From NCBI GenBank assembly GCA_053919585.1, contig CM132790.1: DNA of 64,000 nt, one strand, 5' to 3'. The notes beneath the pieces are model-generated. The model was given only the letters and a program-made list of their open reading frames with translations. It was not told the DNA's origin and searched no databases. Numbering within the stretch: the stretch's first letter is position 1; every line of letters starts with the position of its first letter. Both the position numbers and the translations under genes were made by a program. The DNA comes from Euprymna scolopes (taxonomy: Eukaryota). This document shows, one piece after another, positions 12,361 to 26,424 of the stretch.

Positions 12361-15300
12361 TATATTAATTATGGCAAAAATATGCGCGCTTGCGCATACA
12401 ACAATGACAACCTCTTTTAACATTATGAATTACATTGTTTAATATCCGGAAAACTACTTATTTGCGGAAATTTTTAATGCCATATTCGTATTCAACATAT
12501 GCTAAAACGTATGAGTCGTCATTTAAAAGGAAAATGTAAAGTATATTTACTTTTTAAAAAAAAAAGCGATATTATATAAAGTGGTGATCATCTGAACCTT
12601 AAAATTTGTCTGACGTCACTTCCGCGGGTGTTTTTGTAAAGAAAGAAGTGTGACTCTTAACGAAAACACTTATCACAAGTCAGCGGCTATAACTTTTGCG
12701 GCGCTGTTTGATAATTCATCACTGATTTGAGGGGGATAATTTTAATTTACGAAGACATTAGCATATAGTGAGCACCCATTTTTGGACCACTTTACCTCCC
12801 TATTTTGTTTGTTTATTTTTTTCTAATAATTCCTGTAAAAAAATGTTTTAATTTTTATTCAAAAAAAAAACAAATAAAAAAAACCCTGTTATTTGGAATT
12901 TATAATGAATTCTCTGGCATAGTATGCGGCCCTAATTGCAGAACAAAGTGTAATATTATTAAACAAGTTCGATGAAATTTTTTTATTTTTCTCGTATTTT
13001 TCTTTCGCTTTCTTTCTTTTTTTGCGTACAAAAATTGCCAGTTAATTTTTTTAATCGTATTTATAAGCATAATAAAATTGTTTATTGTATAATTTCAATG
13101 AATAAATTAAATGAGAAACAAAGACAAACGTTTTCTTTTACATTTAAGGGTTTCTCATTCATTGCTATTAAAAGACAGGGAGTTAAAATTTAAGCGTGAC
13201 AACTCGGCAGTAATGTGTAGACATAGCACGCTAGAAATAAAATGGCCGCTGAGTTCTTAGAATCCGTGATGTTTGTGGCAATCATTTCATGCGGACTGAA
13301 GAAATAATAATAGTCTAACTTGTCACGATTTCGAAAAGTTTCAATGCATTGCCAAGCTTCGGTTAATAGGCAATTCTTGACGTGTGAAACCTGTATTTTT
13401 TTTTTTATAAAAAGCGAACTTTTACTTATGTTTTTTCATTTAATTATTTAGTTTTATTTGTATGTTTTTTTTTTTGCATTAACAGTTTAAAATTTTATTT
13501 CATTTAGAACATTTTTGTCATGCAAACATTATAATTTATCTATTTTTTATTTTTTACCGCATTTAAAAATATTTACATTTTAAATTCCGTAGGCATATAT
13601 TTTAGTTTAAAACGTTTAAAGTTCATTTTTTTTTTCATAAGAGAATTTTGGACGCTAAAACTAACGCATAACGTTTAACTTTACAAAAACATTTATTCAT
13701 CAGGTTCAACGACCTTTTAATTAAACAAAGTTTATAATAGTGCAAAAACCTCTAAAAATCTTTAAAAGACAAGTATTAAGTGGGTCCAATAGAGAATTTT
13801 CACCTAATATTATAAAATGTGTTTTATTAAAAAAGTTGTCGAACTTGTTTAATAAATATTATATGTAACTTTACAATTAGAGTCGCGTTCGTTTCCAGAG
13901 AATTCGTTGTCAAGCCCAGCTTCTTTTTTTTTTGGTATTTATGTTTTTGTAATGTTAAATAGTTTGCGTTGGTTTTAATTGTAGTTTGAAAAAATTGAAC
14001 CAAAGAAGTTTTAAGCTGTTAAAAAATAAAAATGAAAGAAAGTTTTTTTTTGTTTTTTAATTAAAGAATCGTACTTAAACTTTTCTGGCATTTCCTGAAG
14101 AATTTCGGATCGGATTCAAATTATTGTTTCTTTGAAATAAAAGTAAAATTGTTTGAAAACAATTCCAAATTTGCTATGAAAAATACAAATAAAATTCATA
14201 AAATGCGGATGAAAACAAAGCAAAAGTGATTTAGTTTTGTTTTCATTTGCATATTTTAAACGCGAAAAAAAAACTGTCGATTAAAAAAAACTTGCATTGT
14301 TATGTTTATTATTTCATTTCGCATGCGCAAAAGTTTTCAAACCGGAAGCTGTAGAACGGATAAGCAGTTTCAACGCCCAAGCAGGACGATTAGAGTTTTA
14401 GAATAGAATAGATTACTAGAAAACGTTTAACATTCTGAGTTATGATAAAGATCAGGTAAAGATCTATAACATATATATAGACGATTAGCATATTAAAAAG
14501 ATATTTCGATTGGAGTGCAATATATATCATGTGAATATCTGGCATCCAGCAGGATGGCTCATATCCAACAAAAACAACATGATAAAAATTGAAAAATGCA
14601 TATATAGAAATATGTATTTATTTTTAAAGGTTAATACAAACCTAACTTGTGTTTCTTTAGTTTTCTGTTTCATTTGTTTATAGCGTTTACGGGCGTTGGT
14701 CTTAGCGCCCCTTATTTAAATCTATATTAAATATTTATCAATTATTACCAAGTATTNNNNNNNNNNNNNNNNNNNNNNNNNNNNNNNNNNNNNNNNNNNN
14801 NNNNNNNNNNNNNNNNNNNNNNNNNNNNNNNNNNNNNNNNNNNNNNNNNNNNNNNNNNNNNNNNNNNNNNNNNNNNNNNNNNNNNNNNNNNNNNNNNNNN
14901 NNNNNNNNNNNNNNNNNNNNNNNNNNNNNTAAATCTATATTAAATATTTATCACTTGCATCCCCATTGCCATCCCTTGTTTAGTATTGTTCGAATGTTCA
15001 AGTGTTTAGAGAGAATGGAAAAATTTTAGATTATCTGAGCCATGTCTAGCAATGGAAGTTTGTGGCTCATAAATAAATGCCCATAGAGAATTGATAGATG
15101 GTTAACGTTTGATATAAACCTTACGTTAAAACCGGTGTGCATATGATTCGGCGTTTGCAATCATTCGCTATTATCTTACCGATACGATGAAGATGAGTCA
15201 GAGTTAATACACATATACGATATTACTTCGTTATTTGTTTATAAGTCGCTTTCTCTGTTGTACGGTATATCAACGTTATTTTTTTTTACCCAATTTTGAA

Positions 15301-15494
15301 ATTGTTTTAAAACCGAAACTTATCTGCATGAACTCTTTCGGTACTATATAACGATTAAAGATAACACTCTCAGTGAACAGTATCGTAATACCGTAGAATC
15401 AGCAGGAGTACGAATAGTACGCAGCGCGTACAACTCCTCCATAATGGACACAATCCGATAGTAAGCTCCGCTTGCCCTTTATCCTATCTTTGTA

Positions 15495-17420
15495 ATTTCT
15501 CTTTTACTCACATTCACCGCTAACAAGGCATATCGCCACCTGAACGCAAGGAGCTACTATTTGGGACCATGGCGAGGAAAGATTAACGGGATGTTGGTTT
15601 ATGTTACATTTAAACTTATGCATATTCTTATAGTCAGGTAAGTAGGTATCAGGAAGGGAATTCCAAAGTCTAGCTCTCCGAGTAAAGACACTTCTAGAGT
15701 AGAACACTTTTTGCCATTTAGGGACCTCAACAGTGGAAGGATTATATTTTGTTTCTAAGCAGGTTTGTCGGGAATATGTACGTCGACAGGGCACATGGAC
15801 AAAAAGTTCATGAATTCAAATTCTGATAAAATATTTGTGAATCAGGCACAAGGATGCAACATTGTGGCATTGGGACAGGGGTTGGAGCTTAGTTGACAAA
15901 GTGGGACCTATTAGATTGGATACCCTTTTTAGACCCTATCCAGGAGGGAGCGGTTAATGGTAGACGCACCAGCCCAGAAGTGGCAACAATACTCCATACA
16001 TGGGCGAATGTGTCCTTTTAGAGGCACGGGATACTCTCAAGGGTGAGTAGTTTTCTAGTTCGAGAGAAAGAAACCATCTTCTTTGCAGCAGCCTTCGCAA
16101 TGTCTTCAATGTATTTGCTCCAATTTATATTGCCTGTGAATGTTACGCAGAAAAGTTTGTGGGAAAAATTCTCAGAAAGGGTTTTATTTGTAATTGATAT
16201 CGGTAGTTTGAGAGGGTTCTCGTAATTATTAAAGGAGGGCAGCTTAATCTAAATATTACTATTTATTTGCAGACCCTATCACTACAGGCTTGATGTCATT
16301 TTCTAACGATTCTGACATTTTCTTAGATTTATGTACATTCGTTATTCTCTCGTGCATATTATACACCGTTGTATTATCAGCAAATATACCATTTTCAAAC
16401 ACAATAGGAAGTCGTTTATGAATATCAGAATGGTGGCCCAAGGATCGATCACACTCCCTCATTAATGTTATGCTGCTTGGATGTACTTCGATCAATGAAA
16501 ACCTGAATGGTCTCATATTATATTTAGTATACGTCCAGTTATATCGTATGATTTAATTTTCATTAACAGCCCTTCGTGCTAGACTGTGGATATATCAAGA
16601 GCTACGGCCCTGGCTTCGCCCATCTTATCCAGTGCATGGTATATGCGTTCAGAGATGACTGTTATATTGTATAACATAGAACGACATTACCTAAATCAAT
16701 GCTATTTGTAACAGAGAAGATTTGCTGTTGTGAGTTAGTGGACTAGTGCTTGATTAATTAAGGTCTCAAAGATTTTAGTGAAGAAGGGGGGCATAAGACA
16801 ATAATTGAGAAAGTCTGTGCTTTCACCAGAATTCCTGTACACTAGTATCACAGAGACCATCTTCCAGCTATTAAGGAAGCAAGATTCAGAAAGGCAGTTA
16901 CTGTAGAGCTTGGAAAATACGAGGCTAGCTCAGCATTTCTTAATTAGTATAGTAAGAATAAGACCAGGTCTACACGCCGTGGAGGTGTGTCAGTTTTTAA
17001 TGATATCGCGGACATGAGAAAGTGTGATTTTCACATCATCTAGTGTGCTTTAGTCTACATAGGGAAATGTGGGAGGGAGGTTTTTGTTGGCTTTGATGTT
17101 GAGCTGGAGGTGAATCGCCGGGCAAGATGTCCCGCGTTTTCGATTGCCGTGCATGCAACCTTTTGGTTGTTGGATAGTGGGGGAATTACTGATTTCCCTT
17201 TATTCACTATATTATTATATATTTTCCAGATATAACGGGTTCCTATCTTTTGCGATTCTATGCATTTCCTGGTTATTTCAGCATGCTTTCTCTTGGCTAT
17301 CGCTGTTTCTCTCTTACAAGTATTTATAGCATCTATGAATCTTTGCTTATTTTTATTTGACTTATGACTTACGAATCAGCGGAATGCATGCTGTCTTTGT
17401 TTTACCTTTTCAGTTTATAT
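15495..17420 (-). mobile_element. Decayed CR1/Jockey-group LINE (family B): RT and 3' UTR
   Basis: Minus-strand GEARAVALDIS, GIFADNTT, RARLWNSLP..KFKCNINQH; tail ggtcccaaatagtagc..gccttgttagcggtgaatgtga shared with the 28105-28170 copy. Confidence 0.85.
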
Positions 17421-17604
17421 ATCTTTCTTACACCCGTGCTCTGTGTTTTATATACGTGGTTCGTGTCCCCAACCTTGGGTCCACATCAGAAGTACAACGC
17501 GATTTAATAATTAAAAAAATGTAACATGTTTATAAAGGCCAAACATGTGTTTCCTTGGGATGTAAATAAAATATACCCGAACTTGCGTACACCATATAAC
17601 GATT

Positions 17605-18126
17605 ATATGATGACGTTTTAAAAGTAGTGCCTCTTATTTATTCAACTCGAATAGATCAGAGGACATTGCGAATGTTATTGCTGTGATAACTGAAACCTGA
17701 AAGTTTCATCATTCTGTTGTACTATCTATTGACGATGTAAGACTGCAGGAAAGCAACCCTGTCATTTATGTGAAGCAGAAGCAGATATTTTTGATTGAAT
17801 TCCCCCATGCAGATAAAATCAACCGATCAACAGGCGCCGGTGAATGTTGATCGGTTCAATTGACGAAGCTGATAGGGTTGATGTTCGCAAAGTTTAAAAA
17901 AGGGGCTCGTCGATTTCAGAATAACGATAGCGATGTGAATGACTTTTACGACCTGCGAATCAAAAGAGTCTGGCAAAGGTGCATTGAGAATAGTGGTTAC
18001 TACGTACAAAAATAAATTTTGGAGCACAAAAAGTCGCTTATTTAAATAGTATCTCTCCCATCTTTGTAGCTCATCAACGTTTTTGAGTAAAAAAAATCAG
18101 AGACTTACTTTTAGAGGGACCTTCGT
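17605..18126 (+). mobile_element. Non-autonomous mariner derivative, copy 1
   Basis: Colinear with 34908-35455: HTH relic, same internal deletion, ends ttacttttagagggaccttcg. Confidence 0.7.
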
Positions 18127-18339
18127 GTAAATTCATTTGATATTACTTACAGCGAATAAATATCACGATGCATTGAAACTATAAAATAATTGAATAGCGC
18201 CGAGAACAGGTAATACTGTTGATTTATTTCATACGAAGTTCCGATTTCTTAGTTGATTTTCGTTAGATTTTAATTGGATAGTCAGGCGACATAAATAATA
18301 AGTTCGCTTTTTTAGCTTAGACATAAATTTGGTTTCCGT

Positions 18340-18523
18340 CGTATGGTAGAAACTGCTGACATATATCACATATATTGGCTATGGACACAACCGCAAAGAC
18401 CTCACTTTTTTTTTCAAATTCTTTTCCGCCTTCGGGTTCAAGCTTGCCCGCCTACTAATTTTTTTTTATTTTTGCTCGACACACACTTCCAAACACCAGG
18501 GCAACGCCAGGCACTCAGGCTAG
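18340..18523 (+). mobile_element. Helitron-like 3' portion
   Basis: cagggcaacgccagg hairpin then CTAG|T; homologous to 63654-63760 (minus). Confidence 0.65.
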
Positions 18524-19036
18524 TTCAATGTATAGCATTTTAGTATGTCGATTAATTTAGCCTTCAAGTAAAACTTGCAATCGTGGTTAGATAGTTGACG
18601 GGACGTTTTTTTGATATATTAAACCATCTGATTGGTTGAGCAAGACCACGGAGAGTTGGTTGATTTAAAATAATCAAAGTCAAATGTGTTATATTTTTTT
18701 TTAATCTGATTCCCAAATAACCAATACTGAAGCAATAAAAAAAGTATTATGTGTTTGCACACTCAGACGATTTTAGTCACTTTCTTAGTCTAAAAGGTTT
18801 TAACATTTGTTGCTTATCTAACTCAGTGCTACGCAACGGGCGTAAGGTTGTCATCACAATGATTCTATGAAATCATTCAATTTTCTTTATTAATTTTCTT
18901 TAAATTTATCTTACAGTTGCAATGTGTGTGCCTGCGTCCAAAATAAAAAATGGGCGACTTTGTAGGAAAAACACCGGTACTCCGAGGCGGAGACGTTAAC
19001 CTATCTATATCGTTAAAAAATCAACAACAAACTCAC

Positions 19037-19109
<73 letters not shown>

Positions 19110-19329
19110 AACAATATATACTAGATAATTGTTCAGCTGAAAAAATGTAGCCTCATCAATATTTAACCTCTTACTCTAATCGCAATAGATGACCTGCACA
19201 ATTTTCAAGACATAACGGTAATCTCACAATCCATTTATCAATAACTACCAATTCGTGTACTTGGGTGAAAAGTTCTGCTTACAAAATCTGGTATTCGCAA
19301 ATAGTCAAGCCTTTAAAAAAGGGACCAGG

Positions 19330-19850
19330 ATCAACATCATCATCTAGTCGTGGTAATGTCGCGGATCCTTTTGACAATCTCAGGCTATGCTAACGAAATC
19401 TCAATCATGCCTTGTAGATATTCATACAAGCATTGTGAATCCTCTATTATTTGCTTGATGTAGATTTTTCGCAATTTTTTCAACTAAACCATATCCTTGT
19501 TCTTGAATCTACAAAAGAGTGTCTCTGACGAATCAACTTTTAGCGCTCCAGCAGTGTTCTCCGTCTCATTAATGATGACATCTGACGAACGGTGTAGGTA
19601 GAGTTGCTCATTTTTAGGATGCCGTTTTCGATAGATGTTAAGCTGAGCTCTTATATATCTCGTGTCCACAGCGTCAGTTTTCCCTGATCTTTTCGAAAAA
19701 GTATAGGCGCTACTTCATATACAAGGTTAGATATAAAAATGGTTTTAACTGAAGTCAGCTTTCATCTTTTGAGAAGATTTGCCTTGATGATCGCTATCCT
19801 CTTCTCTCAGATCAGTATCAACTTGTCTTAACATCGATCATCAACCAAGT
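19330..19850 (-). mobile_element. RTE-like LINE C-terminal remnant
   Basis: DTRYIRAQLNIYRKRHPKNEQLY resembles RTE post-RT TRMLR..LNI.W..H..N..LY; (GAT)n tail at 19335. Confidence 0.55.
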
Positions 19851-20134
19851 ATATACATGTTAACACTAGAACAAGGCTTAAACCAAAATCTTAACTTAGC
19901 AACAATGAAATGGCATTATCTGTTCAATTGAACTAATTATTTATACATTAAAATGCTATTGTATTTTAGCGTTTAATAACATATGCATGGTTGATATACC
20001 GTCATAAATCAAACCCAACATACCAACAGTAGTTAACAAAGGAGTATAATAAAAGTGTCTAATATTCACTGATCTCCATTGCTTGCATTGCATGATCGTA
20101 AGCACTGATCAATATGGTATATAAGAAATGCGTA

Positions 20135-20375
20135 TACCAACAATAGGCCAACCATCTATTAATTCCCTCCGGGTATTTATTTCCGAGATTCAGATTTTCA
20201 TCGTAACGGATGGTCCAAAAAATCTATAAATTTTGGCCATTACTTCTGAACACGTGCCCAGCCGAATAATACTAAATCGTCAATGACAATGTGGAGGGGG
20301 GCTAGCGTTGAATATTAAATAAATATTTAGATCCTGTAGCAAAATAAAACGGAGAGGAAATATGCAGTAACTGTC
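20135..20375 (+). repeat. Unclassified dispersed repeat (pairs with 8760-8985)
   Basis: Reverse-complement similarity to 8760-8985. Confidence 0.55.
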
Positions 20376-20402
20376 TATATTATGATTATAAGTAGGCGTT
20401 TG

Positions 20403-20460
<58 letters not shown>

Positions 20461-20463
<3 letters not shown>

Positions 20464-20616
20464 GAATGACAAAAGTCTATATTACAAATTTCATGATGTT
20501 GACCATCTTGCAATTTATTCCTTTAATTCAGTTGACACTTACAGTTCTTTACAGTATGTGTTTCGTAGCACAAAATCAATCGCTTGATTTTTAAGTATAG
20601 ACTTTTGTCATTCATT
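20461..20616. mobile_element. 156-bp MITE with perfect 21-bp TIRs
   Basis: aatgaatgacaaaagtctata / tatagacttttgtcattcatt; truncated second copy at 52879-52997; both abut (TA)n. Confidence 0.8.
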
Positions 20617-20716
20617 CATTATATTCTCTGTAATTTCATTGAGGCCCTTAAATAAGGATTGGCATATATGGAAAGAAAATATAAACGAATAAAGAATATT
20701 TTCACAGGAATATACA

Positions 20717-21229
20717 AATAGAGTTCAACATAGACTTCGTAGTCTCGTAGGAGATGTCCTTTTCTCCTCCTTGCAACCTCTATCTCACAGAAGAGATGTT
20801 GCGTGTTTGTCTCTGATGTATCGTTATTTTCATGGAAAGTGTTTAACTGAGCTTCAATCTATGGTCCCCCCTCGCCAAACTTTCACAAGAAACACTCGTC
20901 TAGCTGTAAACACTATCAATAATTTCCCCCACTCTTTATCTGTGCCTAAACCTAAACGTAGATTCCATGAACAAAGCTTCTTTCTTAGAACTGCACGCCT
21001 GTGGAATTGTCTTCCGTTTTCCTGCTTTCCGGCTGACTACAATATGGTTGTGTTCAAGTCTAAAGTAAATAAGTTCTTGATGAGCCGTTCCATATAAGTT
21101 ATTAAATTTACCAAATTTTCATTACTAATGATTACTATATTAAACAATTTCTACTGTACACTCTTTAACCCTTATCCTTGAGTGGCCTCTGGGCCTTGAT
21201 AATGTGGTGATGCCTTTGTAAAAAAAAAA
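20717..21229 (+). mobile_element. 5'-truncated LINE family A
   Basis: RVQHRLRSLVGDVLFSSLQPLSHRR..., family A tail, poly-A. Confidence 0.9.
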
Positions 21230-21249
21230 TATATATATATATATACACA

Positions 21250-22315
21250 CAGTAAAATTCCTTTAATTTGAACTTCTTCTAAAGTTGGACTTCCTCTCAT
21301 TTGGACTTCTTCTAAACCTGGACTTTCTCTAAACTTAAACTGTCTCGTCATTGAAATTGTATTAGCATATTTGATGCGGAGTGGCAGTAAAACTGTTTAC
21401 ATGGTTTAGTCAGATATTGCGCAGAAATGTTAATATTGGTACTATGTAATTAATGTAGATTAGCTAGTGATAATCAATTTACACTCACTGTAATTTTTTT
21501 TCAGATTGCTATATTTAAAGCAAGCACATTAACAAAAGCATGCGGTAAATTATGCCCAGCGCCAATGACTTCTGAACTGAAAGAATCAGAGAATACATCT
21601 GGTCTCGAAAAAATCTTGACACCAAACGGTTACCGACTAACCACGTTGGTCTTAAATCACTTAATGATGTTGAAATGTGGGTGCAACAGGATGAGGAAAC
21701 TACTGATCAATATCCTGAAGGCAGTAATGGTGATGAAAATAACGACAGCTCCCATTCTCCTGACCCTAATGAACACTCTGATGAAGCAATATCATGGGAT
21801 GATGCTGAAATGTCTATGGAGACGATTATAAAATTTTTAGAAAAAGTCCTTACTTTAGTGACAACTATGTTTTGCAAGCAAAGAGATATAATCATAAGGA
21901 AGCTACAGAACTAAGAAATTGTAGATTTTCGTGATCGCTTACAATGGCAGCGTCCGAGAGCTCAATCGATGAAAATAGAAACTGCGATGAGACTCATTCA
22001 ATGAATAAATAAATAAATAAAAAACGTACTTTAAATAACTGTATGATTTCTGTAGGTAATAAATACAAGTAAGATTAGATTTTATTTATTTTCAATGTTT
22101 TTATTCCTGGTAATAATATTTAAAGATTTGTACTTGAAATATATCGGAAACTCAACTTAATATATACTTGAAGTATCATATAGTAATGAATTTCATTTTC
22201 TATTTCTTAATTCTAAGAAAATAAAAGTTAACTGCAGCACATTTTTTATCACGAAACTTGAACAGCATCCTCTAATTTGAACGAAGCTGATGTTGAAATT
22301 ATAGGAGTTATACTA
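21250..22315 (+). mobile_element. Tigger/pogo-like non-autonomous DNA transposon
   Basis: TIRs cagtaaaattcctttaatttgaac vs reverse complement tagtataactcctataatttcaac (19/24); ~17-bp subterminal repeats; acidic C-terminal relic DVEMWVQQDEE..ISWDDAEMSMETIIKFLE. Confidence 0.7.
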
Positions 22316-22356
22316 TATATATATTCTTTAAATAAAACATTTATTTATTTCAATTA

Positions 22357-22398
22357 AATTCGATATTTCGATTCATAACAGAATCTTCATCAGGAATT
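22357..22398 (-). ncRNA. Minimal type I hammerhead ribozyme
   Basis: Reverse complement: AATTC CTGATGA a GATTC tgttat GAATC GAAA TA TC GAATT; perfect 5-bp stems I and II, AUC triplet. Confidence 0.85.
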
Positions 22399-23879
22399 AC
22401 TATTTTTCACGTATATGGTGATGGTGGTGCTAATGCTTGAGACGTTTTCTTTCAGATGTTGGTGAAGTGCAGTGTTCAAATGTCTGATATAGTAGAAAAC
22501 GCTGGTCTAGCTTTTATGTTAAGTAAAAAAAAAGTCTACTGTTTAAAAGCACTTTTGGTATGGAATGGTTTTTTTTTTAATTAACGGTTTCAAGACTACA
22601 AGCAAGTGCAGATATTTTACAAATAAATAAACATATTTCTTCCGGCCATTGTCTCAAAAAATCGATCATTATGAATTTGTGAACAACAACTAAACCTAAC
22701 GGGTCGTAAATTATTCAAGTTGGCTTTTTGAAATAGTAGGTACAAAAGTAAAAGATATCAATTAATGAATATTTCTCAAATTTTAGTAAAGTGCCTAAGA
22801 TATAGTAAATATAATATGAGCAAAACATCCCGTATAATTATTTTAATACTTCAAAGTTGCATTGATTTTTTATCCATAGTCATTAGACACAAATAAAACA
22901 ATTTCAATAACTTGTAAAGCAAGCTTTTTAATATTTGACCTAGTGCTACCTGATCAGGACGTCTGAAGACATTGATTTCCTAAGACAAAATGCACCCAAC
23001 ATTGATGCGTTTTGTTTTTCAAAACTCAATTATGCTCTTTAAGACCAAAAACAAAAACAACCATCCGCCTTTTTTTCCTCGCTTTTCCCTCTACCCATTC
23101 CTCTTTCTCTTTCTAAATCACGCACTTCCTGACTGGTTTCCTAACTTTAAATGTACCAAACATTAATACTGTAACCCTTTTCTCTCTCCCATTTCAAAAC
23201 TCAGGACAAAGAACAAAAACGATAAAATCCACTATAAAACAACTAAACCAAACACTACAAACTAGCGATTGAAGATACACAAAGCTCGAAGAATAAAAAC
23301 CTTTTACAAAATAACTGGATGTTACATGAATGCTATTTCCAAAATAACTAGATTCAGCATTAAATAACCCGAAAAGTGTTGATATACCGTAAAACAAAAC
23401 GACCAAACAACCATTAGTATTTGACATTTTCTAGAATTAAAAGCATGTAATAGATTTGGATCAAAATTGGAATAAGTTTATTCATAGAGTTTAGTATGCG
23501 TACATTTGTTTGGAAAGCTCATTTTACCCCTGGAATGTTTTTACTCGGAAATGAAGACAGAACAAGAAAAAGAGAAAGATTTCCAGGGAACAGATTGAAG
23601 TATCAGAGCTCACTTATACTTTACTTATGTTCAAACAGCATACCCCTCGTTTCGCGTCTGCTTTGGTCTATAGCCAGCAAGCCAAGACAGCGAACCTTTC
23701 TAGGAAGTAAAAGTCACGTGATTTCCGACTTGAAAGTGTATTCCACCCTCTACTTTTAGAGTATTGTTCCGGGGATCCCTTTCAATATCTAACAGGTGGT
23801 CCTAAAATGGCTGTTTAACCTTACAAAGATAAGTAAAGTATGCAAAAAAATGTCATATTTCTTTTACCCAAACTCTGCA

Positions 23880-24022
23880 CCTTTTCACAAAGCCATTGTT
23901 AACGAGCACTGATTATCAGAAAATAGTTCCAATCACTTTACAGCAAATATGTGGTTGCCAGCTTTAAAACATATAGACTATTACGCATGGAGTGGAGTTG
24001 AAAGAGATTAATCGACATTCTA
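23880..24022 (+). mobile_element. Tc1-like transposase relic
   Basis: NHFTANMWLP..DYYAWSGVER resembles WPP.SPDLNP.DY..W. Confidence 0.45.
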
Positions 24023-24025
24023 ATA

Positions 24026-24430
24026 CAATCTGGTCGCTAGAAAAGCGGGAAATTTGAAGGTCAGCTTAGATCATGAATTAAATGCTTGATTGCTATTTTT
24101 TATTGCACCTGAAGATTGGCTCTCAAAATGTCCAGACTTAAATGCTTTGGAGCTTGTTATTAGCAGAGATGCAGAACTGCCGACGTGACATACACTCTAT
24201 TGATGAATTGAAAACGTGCTTGGTAAAAGCTAAGAATAATATCCCACAAGTTACCCTTCAAAACGCCACACGAGCTTGGATTCTAGGTTAAGACGCTGCA
24301 GTGAAATGCACGGACTGCATTATCTATGAGTATAATATAGCATTTGTGTTTGAAAAGTTTTTTAAAAATTATTTTTTGTAAAAACAAATCGTTGTTTGAC
24401 AAATTTCCCGATTTTCTAGCGACCACCCTG
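24026..24430 (+). mobile_element. Tc1-like non-autonomous element
   Basis: TIRs tggtcgctagaaaagcgggaaatttg / caaatttcccgattttctagcgacca; TA flanks; WLSKCPDLNALE relic. Confidence 0.8.
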
Positions 24431-24584
24431 TATTTAAAAGAAAAAGGTACGTGTATCTCTACAAACCATAGATTCTATAAAAGTCTTCATTTGGCATAGA
24501 AGACAACGGCGGAATTATTATTAATCGTCTTTTCATTTCATCTCGCTACTTTCATTTTTCAATTTCATTTTTTTATTTTTTACT

Positions 24585-24774
24585 ACTCGCCTGAGGATGA
24601 CCAATGGAGGTCGAAAACGTACGCGATTATGGGACATTTCTTTTTTCACTCGGAAAAAAACGTTCGGAAAATGGTCCGACAAAGAGAAAAGGAGGATTAC
24701 AAGAAAAACAAGCAAGAGTTGTACGTGCTATTTAATGAAACATGCATAAGAGAAAAAATTGCTGCCTAAATATA

Positions 24775-24780
<6 letters not shown>
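24585..24780 (+). mobile_element. PLE-type short element (HHR plus ORF N-terminus), copy 1
   Basis: Homologous to 55154-55345; ends with frameshifted LFNETCIREK.LPKYTNI running into (TA)n. Confidence 0.65.
24587..24626 (+). ncRNA. Hammerhead motif, U16.1 mutated
   Basis: TCGC CTGAGGA t GACC aatgga GGTC GAAA ACGT AC GCGA. Confidence 0.7.
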
Positions 24781-24823
<43 letters not shown>

Positions 24824-26249
24824 CTCAATGACATATATAGCTACTGTTGCCAACAGAACTCCCATAAACAGACCTACATTTCGATACATTAAACTTTATA
24901 GGATTTCCTTACATTAGCAGAAAGTCGGCCGTTTTATTTAATTTAATTTGATTACTTTACTTATATCTTCAATTTTACATGCTATTTGTGTGAAATTGAT
25001 TTAAATTCATTAAAACATTGTTGAATATTAAACATACTAAACTATTCGAAGATAGAACATTAATGGAACATTCGAATATCTATGTATCCCATATAGATTT
25101 CAAGTGTTAGCCCCAGGTAGTGGGCCCCATGGTTTCTGAGAACTTCGACTGAAGTAAAATAAAAACAAAAAAGAAACAAGATCGTATAATACATAACTGT
25201 TTCATGCCTAATATGTCAGGAAAGTTGACAAGTTTAACACTTTGCAATGTATTTCGAAAGGAACAAAGATGCGGCGAAATCTTAAATGAATTCAGCGATC
25301 TTGGGCAGCTTTACGGCGAATATATCGCATAGATTGTCCATTAAATCCATTATTCAGTGCAGTGTTTCGTGCAAAGACTCCCGAACAGCTCATTTATCTC
25401 GTACTTATCTACTGTCGAATGTATAATTATATCACGATGCTATGCTATAAGTAAAAGGGAAACGTGTAATTTGTGGCTACAATGGTGGCATTTTCGCGTT
25501 AATTATTAATCTAAAATAGAAAAAACGTAGGCATAAGAAGATTTTATTAGCGCGAGAATATTCACATTACGAGCGTGTATTTCACGTTGGAGACAAAGGC
25601 TGAGCCATGTGCCTTTGTGAATCACATTTATTATTCAATAACGGCACATTTTCATTATCATTAGTAAATGACCGCCCTGGTCGCTATAAATGGTCTTTCG
25701 AGTGGAAGTTTCTTGCATGCGTGCAGAATGTTCGGGGATATGAAAATTCCAAGGGAAGTGGACGCTTCCTAAAATACGCTTCCTATATAAGAACTTGGAA
25801 GATGAGTTCAAAATTGTAAGAAGAAAATTTGTGTTTTTTCGCCCTCTGTCATCTAGGCAAATAAGAGAAAACTCTAGTCTAAATGTTCGAGCTTTCTGTT
25901 GCGTTACAGGTTGGTAATAATCAACACGAACACAGTGACATAATTAGTAAAAACGTGTACTTACAAATGTATGTTTTAGGAGTACGCGTCATGATTCTCG
26001 AGCCATAACTGCCACGAATCACCACCTCTTACGTACAAGATATAACAGTGTGTAAGTCCATTATTCTTAAATGAGTTATATTAGCTCACCTCACTGATAT
26101 GATTATAGTGGTTATGATATTTCGCCAGAGGACGAATACAGTTGCAGGTTTTATCATTAAAATCGAGTACACCCAGTCTTGCTTTTCGTTATTCATAAAA
26201 TGTCTTTATCTTTCTGTTAATTTAATATAATGGTAAGAAAGTTAGGCTG

Positions 26250-26370
26250 AGAGACTGAGGCTTACCAAAGACTTAAAACATGAAATGGAATGGCACTCTC
26301 TCCTACATCTTTATACAGCAGCTAATAAAAAGGGATACTCGTCCCCCTACTATAGTCGGCCGCTTAGCTT
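26250..26370 (+). mobile_element. SINE-like dispersed repeat
   Basis: accaaagacttaaaa...gcactctct...ccccc.actatagtc shared with 37355-37420 and 38117-38250. Confidence 0.45.
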
Positions 26371-26424
26371 TATTTCTTTATTTTTAAAAACGATCACTAA
26401 CATTTTAGTGAAAAGACAGGCGCA

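Noticed and set aside
14718-14953. 24-bp direct repeat on both sides of an N-gap
   Set aside because: Probably contig overlap or a scaffolding artefact
21776-21820. CTGATGA AGCA...TGCT GAAA TGTC as an HHR
   Set aside because: No stem I complementarity; lies within a Tigger-like coding relic
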